The position numbers and the translations under genes are program-made. This document shows, one piece after another, positions 48,864 through 57,437 of a stretch of DNA of 64,000 bases. Within the stretch, counting starts at the first letter, position 1; every line of letters begins with the position of its first letter. A model generated the notes under the pieces. It ran no database searches, was not told the DNA's origin, and saw only the letters and a list, made by a program, of their open reading frames with translations. This DNA is from Vulcanimicrobiota bacterium (GTDB lineage: Bacteria; Vulcanimicrobiota; Vulcanimicrobiia; Vulcanimicrobiales; Vulcanimicrobiaceae): the NCBI GenBank assembly GCA_963833095.1, contig CAWHWQ010000001.1, forward strand, positions 192,001 through 256,000, read 5' to 3'.

Positions 48864-51800
48864 CTACCCTGGTCCCACGATCCAGGTGGGAAACCACATG
48901 CGCAGGTGCCACTGATCCCACGAGATCGGGACGGCTGCGAGAATCGGATAGAAAAACACGAACGACGCCGCGATAAGGACGACGACCGCGGCGATTCCCC
49001 CGATTGCCCAGCGGCGCTTGACTTCACCCTTGTCTGCAAAGTGCAGCCATAGCTGTTGAAGTACGATCGCATTGCACAAACAGATCAACGGTATATCGAC
49101 GTAAAAATGATAGGCGAAGGTGATGCGCGGGGACTTCATCCACGGAAGCCATTGCAAGAGGTAGGTCAGTACGATCAGCGCGTAAGCTTTGTTCTTGCGA
49201 AGCCACGCGAGCACGCCCACGATCGGCACCGCGATCAGCCCGAACCACATGATCAACGGGTTGGGCATTGAGGTGATCTCCTCAACGCAACAACCCTTGG
49301 GGTCCTTCATGTCCTTGCGGTGATCCTGATAGTAGTAGGCGATCGGAACGTAGTCGAGCGGCCACTCCCACCACTTCGAGGAATACGGGTGCGTCGCTAC
49401 CAGTTTGTCGTGATACTCGAACATCGAGTATTGGCGGTAAACCACGTCGTTGAAGTTGTGCACTTCGTTGGGGTCGGGCGACTGCCGAACCAGATCGGGC
49501 ACCCACACCAGCGCATAGACGGTCGCGCTGATAAAAAGAATCGTGGCGAGCGCACCGTCGAGACGGAAGCCGCGCGGATTGCCCCACAGCGCCGGACGGC
49601 GCGCGAAAAACACGCGCTGCAGCCAGATGAGAATCAACACCACGAAGCTCACGCCGAAGCCCATGACGCCGTACCATTTTGAACTGACCAGTAAACCGAG
49701 CGCTATGGTGAAGACGATTAGCCACAGATTTGCGGACGAACCTCGCTCGCGCGCCTGTCCCGCGCGAATTTCATTTTGCGCATACGTCGCGTCGGCCAGC
49801 GGCGTTTCATATGTTTCGCTCGGCTCAGCGCGATACGTGATCGTGAAGTCGTCACCCGGATAGACTAGCGCGCCGGAACGATTCTGCGACCGGTCGCCGG
49901 CGGTGATCCGCGCCTTTCCGCCCGTGCCTTCGATGACACCGCCGTCGGGCGCGTAGAGCGAATGGCTCGATCCCTCGACGAGCGCGAAAGCGCCGTCGGG
50001 AAACGTGAATTCTTGCGCGCCGTCGGCGAACCATCTGCGGAAGAACCGGTAACGTAGTAAGAGATAGACGCCCAGAGCAACGTAAAGAACGACGATGATA
50101 CTCGATGCCAGATCGAGCGTCATCGGCGGGTGAACGAAAGACCTCCACACGAGATCCCATATCCCAACGACGATCGCGCCGGCAACCAGCGAAATCCCGA
50201 CGCCCACGCCGAACGCGAACGGCGGAACCACGGTGTGAGCACGCGACTCGACTTGCGATGCGATCCAGAAGCGATAGAACGCGTAGACCGCACCTAGCGA
50301 AAAGACGATCACAAAGCCTTCGGGCGTGCCGATCCGCGACTGGACGAAGTGCATCCCATCGCAGATCAAGAAAAATGATGCAATCGCGGCAAAAATCGTC
50401 GAACCGGTCACACGCTTGGCAAAAACATAGAGCAGCATGATCACGATCGCGCCGAACACCACGTCGAGGAAGCGCCAGCCCCACGAGTTGTCGCCGTGGC
50501 CGAGACCGCCGAATAGCAGCACCGAGAGCGTGACCAGCAGCTTTGAGAGTGGCGGATGCGTATTCTCGTAAATACGCATGTTCTTGAGGTATTCTTCGGC
50601 CGCACGCGCAAAGTAGATCTCGTCGAAGATCTTGTCCGCCGGATACCAATAGCGGACGAACGAGAGCACGAAGCTGACTACACCAAGCGCGCTCATCGCG
50701 ATGTAGTCGACCGCGCTCATCACTGACAGGCCTTCACGCGGGTCGTAATAGTCACGGGCCCGCTGCTTGGCCTTTTCTTCCGTTTCTGCGGCTTTGGGCT
50801 TGCTGGCGGGAGCGTCTGCGGTCTCGGGTGCCGAGCCGAGATACGCATAACCCAGGGCAAAGAACGTGCCCACCGCGATGAGCGCGTAGAACGAGGTTAG
50901 CGGTCCCCACAAGTTGACCGAATTGACGCCGGGCGTTTGATTCGTCACCACCGTGAGGTACTGCAATGAATAGATGAGGTTTGCAAAGAGCACGACGGAA
51001 AGCGCGAGCGAGCCCCAAAGATAGCGTCGCGCGATCGGTATGCAGGCGATGCAGAAAAGCAGCGCATCGAAGCTGTAACGCTCGTGCATACGGGTCGAGA
51101 GAATGAAGAACCCCAGCAGCGCGATCGTGCACGACTCGAGCAGCGCCGCGGCGGTCCGCTCTTGCAAGTACCGCCAGACCACCAGCGCGAGCGCCGCAAC
51201 GACGAGGGCAATGCCCCACACGTACTGCGGTAGCTGGAATCCCCAACCGATCAGCGCGCTGTCCTTTTGCCAAAAGGGACCCTTGATCGCCCACAGATTG
51301 AACGCGTTGACGGTGTTATATGCGTAAACGTTTGAGCCGAACTCATACCGCTGCAGCAGCCATTGCAATGCATCGACCGGATTGGCCGTCGGATGGAACG
51401 GCAGCACCAGCGCAATCGCAAAAACAAATGCGGCTACGATGCCGATTCCGGTTGACGTTAGCCGTTCGCGCAGACGCGCACGATCGGCAAAGGCGAATGC
51501 GATGAAGAGGGCGATGAGGACCGCCGCCTGCGGCTTAATCAGCAGCGAGTAGGCCAGGCTCACCCATGCCGCCGGAATCAGCCATGAGATCGGCTGAGCG
51601 GCTGCGTCCTCACTCTTTAAAAGAAGGTAGACACCGAGAAGGGCAAAGCCGCCGGCCACGCAGTCGACTTGCCCCCAGTCCGCCGAGATCATGATCGTCG
51701 CCGGATTGAGCACGTAGACGGCAGCCGCTCCGAGCGCGAGCGCGGGTGCCGCGAAGCGCCGGCCTAACGCATAGATCAATGCGCCGACGCCGAGGTCTGC

Positions 51801-52127
51801 GAGCACGGCCGGGAGCTTGACCACGATCCGCAAGAGATTGTACTGCGGGTCCAATCCGCGAAACGGTGCCCACAGATGACCGAAGATTGCCAAAATGTAG
51901 AAATAGCCCGGCGGATAGTCCGCGAAGCTCGTCTTGGCATAGAAGTTCGGTAGGCCGTTGTTGATCAGCGACAGCGTCCAGGCGACAAACGTGTTGACGT
52001 CCGTTGAAAACCCGCTCGAACCAATAAAGAACATGCGCACGACGAAGCCGGCGAACAGCAATACGGGTAGCGCGTACGGGAGCGTACGCTCCCAGACGGA
52101 CGTTTGGACGTTCGTCCTGGCGTTCAC
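48864..52127 (-). CDS. Fused double GT-C glycosyltransferase (Alg6/GT87-like plus protein O-mannosyltransferase-like)
   Basis: N-half DYPPG, KLP, NP, WGQ.D, HERY; C-half FDE.YF, HPPL.K, WGWRF, QSRI, HPYSSKWWEWP. Confidence 0.82.
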   Translation of the reverse strand: MNARTNVQTSVWERTLPYALPVLLFAGFVVRMFFIGSSGFSTDVNTFVAWTLSLINNGLPNFYAKTSFADYPPGYFYILAIFGHLWAPFRGLDPQYNLLRIVVKLPAVLADLGVGALIYALGRRFAAPALALGAAAVYVLNPATIMISADWGQVDCVAGGFALLGVYLLLKSEDAAAQPISWLIPAAWVSLAYSLLIKPQAAVLIALFIAFAFADRARLRERLTSTGIGIVAAFVFAIALVLPFHPTANPVDALQWLLQRYEFGSNVYAYNTVNAFNLWAIKGPFWQKDSALIGWGFQLPQYVWGIALVVAALALVVWRYLQERTAAALLESCTIALLGFFILSTRMHERYSFDALLFCIACIPIARRYLWGSLALSVVLFANLIYSLQYLTVVTNQTPGVNSVNLWGPLTSFYALIAVGTFFALGYAYLGSAPETADAPASKPKAAETEEKAKQRARDYYDPREGLSVMSAVDYIAMSALGVVSFVLSFVRYWYPADKIFDEIYFARAAEEYLKNMRIYENTHPPLSKLLVTLSVLLFGGLGHGDNSWGWRFLDVVFGAIVIMLLYVFAKRVTGSTIFAAIASFFLICDGMHFVQSRIGTPEGFVIVFSLGAVYAFYRFWIASQVESRAHTVVPPFAFGVGVGISLVAGAIVVGIWDLVWRSFVHPPMTLDLASSIIVVLYVALGVYLLLRYRFFRRWFADGAQEFTFPDGAFALVEGSSHSLYAPDGGVIEGTGGKARITAGDRSQNRSGALVYPGDDFTITYRAEPSETYETPLADATYAQNEIRAGQARERGSSANLWLIVFTIALGLLVSSKWYGVMGFGVSFVVLILIWLQRVFFARRPALWGNPRGFRLDGALATILFISATVYALVWVPDLVRQSPDPNEVHNFNDVVYRQYSMFEYHDKLVATHPYSSKWWEWPLDYVPIAYYYQDHRKDMKDPKGCCVEEITSMPNPLIMWFGLIAVPIVGVLAWLRKNKAYALIVLTYLLQWLPWMKSPRITFAYHFYVDIPLICLCNAIVLQQLWLHFADKGEVKRRWAIGGIAAVVVLIAASFVFFYPILAAVPISWDQWHLRMWFPTWIVGPG

Positions 52128-52145
52128 GGTAGAGGTGGCCTCCGG

Positions 52146-53042
52146 TCAGCCGACAGGTTCGGCGAGCGTTTCGAGCAGGTAGTCGCGCAGGGCACGGTTG
52201 GGGTGGCGCTCCACGACGGCCATAGGTTCTGCAACGGCACGCGTCGCGGCCTCTCGGGCGCCCAGCTCTTCAAGAGCCGCTACCACAGCCTGGACCTCGG
52301 CTGTGTCGAGCGGCTTCTGCGAGCGATAGGCCGCAGCAATAACTTCGCGCGCGGGCGACGGCGGCCGGGCAAGGGCCCAGACCACGGGGAAGCTCCATTT
52401 CCGCCGCATGAGATCGCCGGCTACCGATTTCCCGGTGCGATCGGTGCTCGCCCAGATGCCGAGCAAATCGTCACGCACTTGGAAGGCCTTCCCGTAGGCG
52501 CGCCCCACTTCGGCGTAGCCGGCAACGCGCGATTCATCGATGCCCGCGCAGCACGCTCCCAGCGAACAGGCCGCTTCGAAGAGCGCGCCCGTTTTACAGG
52601 CGATCATCAGATCGTAATCGGCCAGATCGACATGGCCCTCACTCTCGAATTGCAAATCGAGCGATTGGCCGTCGCACATCGTGCGGTGCGCGAGGTGTAA
52701 TCGTTCGATGACGTCGAGCGCCGCTGCGGGACCCAGTAGCGTTTTCGCGCGCATCAAGGTGAGAAAACTCAACGCGCACATCGCGTCGCCGGTATTGACC
52801 GCTTGGGCGATGCCGTACACGCTCCACAGGGTGCGGCGGCCGTGGCGAAACTCGTCGCGATCTTCGATGTCGTCGTGAACGAGCGAATAATTGTGCAGCA
52901 ACTCCACCGCGGCTGCTGCATCGAGCGCGCGCTCGAGCGGCGCGCCTTCGGATTCGCAGATGCGCATGAGCATCGTCGGACGCAGACGCTTTCCACGCCG
53001 CGCCGGCCCATGTGGCGGATAACCGAAGTGATATGCGAGCAT
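52146..53042 (-). CDS. Polyprenyl diphosphate synthase (GGPP synthase-like); start may lie further upstream
   Basis: GKRLRP, HDDIED...R, GQ..D, KT, FQ..DD. Confidence 0.92.
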   Translation of the reverse strand: MLAYHFGYPPHGPARRGKRLRPTMLMRICESEGAPLERALDAAAAVELLHNYSLVHDDIEDRDEFRHGRRTLWSVYGIAQAVNTGDAMCALSFLTLMRAKTLLGPAAALDVIERLHLAHRTMCDGQSLDLQFESEGHVDLADYDLMIACKTGALFEAACSLGACCAGIDESRVAGYAEVGRAYGKAFQVRDDLLGIWASTDRTGKSVAGDLMRRKWSFPVVWALARPPSPAREVIAAAYRSQKPLDTAEVQAVVAALEELGAREAATRAVAEPMAVVERHPNRALRDYLLETLAEPVG

Positions 53043-53106
53043 GTCGGCGATCGCCGGCGATCCGCCGTATTCGCGGACGCACTCGCTCAGATGGGCTTCG
53101 AAGCGC

Positions 53107-53949
53107 TCAGACGGGTTGACGAGCGAGCTCCTCCATGCGCGCCTGCACGCTGTCGACTAGCCATCCTGGGGTTGACGCCCCCGACATGAGCCCCGCCACC
53201 TTCACGCCGTCAAACCACTCGGGCCGCAATTCATCCGGGCCCTCGATGTGAAACGAGCGCGCGCCATGCGTTTCGGAAAGCTCAGCCAGGTGCTTCGTGT
53301 TGGCCGACGTTTTTCCGCCGACCACGACCATCACGTCGACTTCGTTTGCAAGTCGCAGCGCTTCGCTTTGCCGATTGTTGGTATCGGTGCAGATCGTATT
53401 GACCGCGCGCACTTCGTAATATTTTTCGCTCAACGCTTTGACGATGTCGCTGAAGCGCTCGCGCGAATAGGTTGATTGCACGACCACGCCCATGCGGCTG
53501 CCACGCGGAAGCTTCGCGACGTCTTCGACCGTCTCGATGCACCAGGCGCCGGGTACGTGACTGAGCGTGCCTTTGACCTCGGGGTGCGCCGGGTCGCCGA
53601 TCACGATGATCTTATAGCCTTCGGCCTTGAGCTTTTCGGCTTGCACGTGAATTTTGGTAACCATAGGGCAGGTCGCGTCGATGATCTCGAGGCCCTTGGC
53701 CTGCGCCTTTTCGAACACGTCAACCGGCAAGCCGTGCGCGCGCACGAAAAGCGCGCCGCTTTGCACCTCATCGATGCCGGCGGCATTGCGCAGTCCGCTG
53801 GCTTCGAGCGTCGCGACGGTCTGCGGGTTGTGTACCACGTGACCGAGCGTGGTCACATCGCTCCGCTGCGCGATCGCTTCTTCGGCTTTTTTTACCGTGA
53901 TCGCGACACCGAAGCAGAACCCCTGAACCTTAGCTTTGCGAATTTCCAT
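53107..53949 (-). CDS. ispH: HMBPP reductase
   Basis: GFCFGV, VHN, DATCP.V, TIC..T..RQ, GASTP. Confidence 0.97.
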   Translation of the reverse strand: MEIRKAKVQGFCFGVAITVKKAEEAIAQRSDVTTLGHVVHNPQTVATLEASGLRNAAGIDEVQSGALFVRAHGLPVDVFEKAQAKGLEIIDATCPMVTKIHVQAEKLKAEGYKIIVIGDPAHPEVKGTLSHVPGAWCIETVEDVAKLPRGSRMGVVVQSTYSRERFSDIVKALSEKYYEVRAVNTICTDTNNRQSEALRLANEVDVMVVVGGKTSANTKHLAELSETHGARSFHIEGPDELRPEWFDGVKVAGLMSGASTPGWLVDSVQARMEELARQPV

Positions 53950-54532
53950 CGATGCTTTCCCGTACGGCCCAAATGGCGCTCATGACGTCATCGGTGAACT
54001 TCGCCAAGTCGTCGCGCGTTGCTTTCCGATCCGCCGGCAACACGAGCGGTTTGCCAAATGCGACTTTGATCTGAGCCAGGCGGCCGGCCCGCGCGCTTCC
54101 CGAGATATAGGCTGGGACCACCGGCGCCTTGGTCAGCGAGGCCAGCAGCGCGACACCGATTTGGGGCTCCTTGTCGCCGTGGACGTTACGGCCCCCCTCC
54201 GGGAAGATGCCGACGCATCCGCCCTTGCGCAAGACCTCGACGGAGCGCTTGATCGCCGCGGCGGCGCTACCCTGACGGTCGACCGGATAGGCGCCGACCG
54301 CGGCAATCAGCGGCCCGAGCACCGGAACTTCGAAGAGTTCTTTTTTCGCCATGTAGCTGATACGGCGTGGACAGCACGCGCCAAGCAGCGGCGGATCGAG
54401 ATTGGAGATATGATTGCAGGCCACGATCAGCGGACCCGTCATCGGCACGTTCTTCTTCCCGTACGCGCGCAAGCGCCAGAGCGGCGCACCGAACAAACGG
54501 ATCAAGCCCTTGGCCAGTCCATACAGGCTCAT
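53930..54532 (-). CDS. plsC: 1-acyl-sn-glycerol-3-phosphate acyltransferase
   Basis: NHISNLD, AKKELF, FPEG. Confidence 0.92.
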   Translation of the reverse strand: MSLYGLAKGLIRLFGAPLWRLRAYGKKNVPMTGPLIVACNHISNLDPPLLGACCPRRISYMAKKELFEVPVLGPLIAAVGAYPVDRQGSAAAAIKRSVEVLRKGGCVGIFPEGGRNVHGDKEPQIGVALLASLTKAPVVPAYISGSARAGRLAQIKVAFGKPLVLPADRKATRDDLAKFTDDVMSAIWAVRESIDGNSQS

Positions 54533-55218
54533 CGGGCGCGCTCCACGAGACCTGCGATTTCGGCCACCACCGCATCGATACCCAGCGTGCTCGAATCGAC
54601 CACGTGCGCATCCTGCGCGGGCGCAAGAGGTGAAACGGCGCGTTCCCGATCGAGCCGGTCGCGTTCCTCAATCTCTTGCGACAGTTGATGTTCGCTGATG
54701 TTATCGCCGGCTGCGAGTAACTGCGCGCGGCGGCGCTCGACGCGCGCCTGCACGGATGCGGTGAGGAAAATCTTGACCTGCGCGAGCGGCAATACAACGG
54801 TACCGATATCGCGCCCCGCCATCACGACCGGCCCCTCTTGGGCGATCTCGCGCTGACTGTTCACCATTGCCTCGCGCACGCGCGGATGTGCCGCGATCGT
54901 CGACACGACGGTACTCACTTGATTCGACTGCAAGGTCGCGTCAGAGAGTTCGACGCCGCCGGCGATGATACGAAACCCCTGTGGCGCCTTCGCGTCGAGT
55001 GTCACACTGACGCGCGCGCCCTCCCAGAGCCGCACGAGCGCGCTCTCGTTGTCGGCGTCGATACCGCTGCGCAATGCAAGGTACGCAAGCGTTCGATACA
55101 TCGCGCCCGTATCCAAGTAGAGCACGCCGAGCTCTTGTGCCAGACGAAATGCGACGGTCGTCTTCCCCGATGCGGCCGGACCGTCGATAGCAATCTGGAG
55201 GTGAGGTGGGAGGCTCAT
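54529..55218 (-). CDS. cmk: Cytidylate kinase
   Basis: IAIDGPAASGKTT, LDTGAMYR, GRDIGTVV. Confidence 0.97.
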   Translation of the reverse strand: MSLPPHLQIAIDGPAASGKTTVAFRLAQELGVLYLDTGAMYRTLAYLALRSGIDADNESALVRLWEGARVSVTLDAKAPQGFRIIAGGVELSDATLQSNQVSTVVSTIAAHPRVREAMVNSQREIAQEGPVVMAGRDIGTVVLPLAQVKIFLTASVQARVERRRAQLLAAGDNISEHQLSQEIEERDRLDRERAVSPLAPAQDAHVVDSSTLGIDAVVAEIAGLVERAR

Positions 55219-55276
55219 AGGTCGAGCCGCCGATTCGCCGAGGGGTCGCTCTACCCCCGGTAGCAAACTTCACGAC

Positions 55277-56596
55277 GTGGCAAAAACGCGCTCGGTCTTC
55301 TTCTGTAATGGCTGTGGCTTCGAATCGACGCGATGGCTGGGGCGCTGCCCGCAGTGCGAGGCGTGGAACTCCTTCGACGAGCGTCCTTTCGCCGTGTCCT
55401 CGCGCTCGACGAAAGCCGTTGCGAGCGCGCGACACGCCGCGCTTGCTCCTATCGAGCTCGATTCGATCGACAGCACGAAGATCGCCCGTCTGCGCAGCGG
55501 CATGAACGAATTCGATGCAGTGCTAGGCGGCGGTATCGTGCCTGGCAGCGTCACGCTGATCGGCGGGCCGCCGGGCGCGGGAAAGTCGACCTTGCTCTTG
55601 CAAATCGCGGCGCGACTGTGCGCGAGCGGACGCGTCGTGTACGTCTGCGGCGAAGAGTCCGCCGCGCAAGTGAAGCTCCGCGCCGGACGCCTCGGCATTG
55701 ACGCGCCGCTGCTCGTGCACGCCGAGACAAACCTGCGCGCAGTGCTCGATGCGCTCGATCGCATCGATCCCGTCGCGGTCATCGTCGATTCGATTCAGAC
55801 CGTGTGGCTACCCGACGCGGAATCGTATGCCGGCAGCGTCACGCAGATTCGTGATTGCACGCAAGCGCTGATGGAATTCGCCAAACGCACCGGCTGCTCG
55901 ACCTTCATCGTCGGCCACGTCACCAAAGATGGCGCGATCGCCGGACCACGTTTGCTCGAGCATTTGGTTGATACGGTGCTTTACTTTGAAGGCGAGACGA
56001 CCGGCGAATATCGGATCCTCCGCGCCTACAAGAACCGCTTTGGTTCTATTGACGAGATCTGCGTCTTCGCGATGCACGATCGTGGCCTCGACGAAGTCGC
56101 CAATCCTTCGGAACTCTTTCTCGCCGGGCGCGAAGAGCGGCCAAGTGGGTCGTGCGTCGTCGCGTCGATCGTCGGTTCGCGCCCAGTCTTGATCGAAGTG
56201 CAGGCCCTCGTCGGCGAGAGCAGTTATGGCACGCCGCGCCGCTTGGCAAACAATCTCGACCAAGCCCGCCTCGCGATGATTCTCGCCGTGCTCGAGCGAC
56301 GCGTCGGCATGCATCTGGGGACCCACGATGTCTATGCGTCGGTCGCGGGAGGACTGCGCGTGAGTGAACCGGCCGCGGACCTCGGCATCGCGCTAGCCAT
56401 TGCTTCCTCGTTTCGCGACCGCCCGTTACCGCCGCATTCCGTGGCCTTCGGCGAACTGGGCCTCTCGGGCGAATTGCGCAACGTCAACGCGAGCGCCCGG
56501 CGCGAGGCCGAAGCACGCAAACTCGGCTATCGAACGATCTTCTCGGCGGAGAATCATCGCGACGTCGCCTCGGCGATTGCAGCCGCACTCTCCTAG
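55277..56596 (+). CDS. radA: DNA repair protein RadA/Sms
   Basis: C4 zinc finger, GPPGAGKST, DSIQ, KNRFG. Confidence 0.98.
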   Translation: MAKTRSVFFCNGCGFESTRWLGRCPQCEAWNSFDERPFAVSSRSTKAVASARHAALAPIELDSIDSTKIARLRSGMNEFDAVLGGGIVPGSVTLIGGPPGAGKSTLLLQIAARLCASGRVVYVCGEESAAQVKLRAGRLGIDAPLLVHAETNLRAVLDALDRIDPVAVIVDSIQTVWLPDAESYAGSVTQIRDCTQALMEFAKRTGCSTFIVGHVTKDGAIAGPRLLEHLVDTVLYFEGETTGEYRILRAYKNRFGSIDEICVFAMHDRGLDEVANPSELFLAGREERPSGSCVVASIVGSRPVLIEVQALVGESSYGTPRRLANNLDQARLAMILAVLERRVGMHLGTHDVYASVAGGLRVSEPAADLGIALAIASSFRDRPLPPHSVAFGELGLSGELRNVNASARREAEARKLGYRTIFSAENHRDVASAIAAALS

Positions 56597-56597
56597 C

Positions 56598-57437
56598 GTG
56601 GCACTCTTCGAAATCGTCCCGAATCTTTCCGAAGGGCGCGATCAAGCCACGATCGATGCGGCGGTCGACGCCGTGCTCGCGACCGGCGCGCGCGTGCTGC
56701 ATCGTACCAGCGATCCGGTCCACCATCGCAGCGTGCTTACGATCGCAGGCGACCGCGCACGCGTGCTCGACGCGGCCGTAGCGCTGGCCGGTGTCGCGGT
56801 CGAACGCATCGACCTGCGCGAGCATCACGGTGTCCATCCGCGCATCGGCGCCCTCGACGTGCTGCCGTTCGTGCCGCTCCGCGATGCGTCGCTGGCCGAC
56901 GCAGTGGCGCTGGCGCACGAAGCCGGCGCGCGGATCTGGGACCGCTATCGCCTGCCTTCCTTTTTCTACGGTGCCGCGGCGCGGGCACCCCAGCGCGCGT
57001 TACTCGCAAATGTGCGCGCCGGCGAGTTCGAAGGGCTCGACGCGCGCTTCGCAGGCCTGCCGCCGGACGTCGGCGACATTCCGCGGCACGATCGCGCCGG
57101 CGCGATCGCGATTGGTGCGCGGAACGTCCTCGTCGCCTTCAACGTTGAACTCGAGACGGGCGATCTCACACTCGCCAAAGCGATTGCGCGGAGGCTGCGG
57201 GAGCGTTCGGGCGGTTTGCGCGGCTTGCGCGCGCTCGGATTACGCTTGAGTGAGGGGGTCGTACAAGTCTCGCTCAATGTCACAGACGTTGAAACGACAC
57301 CGCTCTATCGTATCGTCGAGTTGATTGCACGCCTGGCCGCCAAGAAGGGCGTTGCGATCCGCCGAAGTGAGCTCATCGGTCTGGTTCCGCGGGCCTGCGT
57401 GGAAACGTCGGCCCGCTACTTTTTGGGGACACTGTGA
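56598..57437 (+). CDS. Glutamate formiminotransferase (FT domain only)
   Basis: EIVPNLSEGRD, HHRSV, HPRIGA.DV.PF.P, QVS.N, SELIGL. Confidence 0.9.
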   Translation: MALFEIVPNLSEGRDQATIDAAVDAVLATGARVLHRTSDPVHHRSVLTIAGDRARVLDAAVALAGVAVERIDLREHHGVHPRIGALDVLPFVPLRDASLADAVALAHEAGARIWDRYRLPSFFYGAAARAPQRALLANVRAGEFEGLDARFAGLPPDVGDIPRHDRAGAIAIGARNVLVAFNVELETGDLTLAKAIARRLRERSGGLRGLRALGLRLSEGVVQVSLNVTDVETTPLYRIVELIARLAAKKGVAIRRSELIGLVPRACVETSARYFLGTL

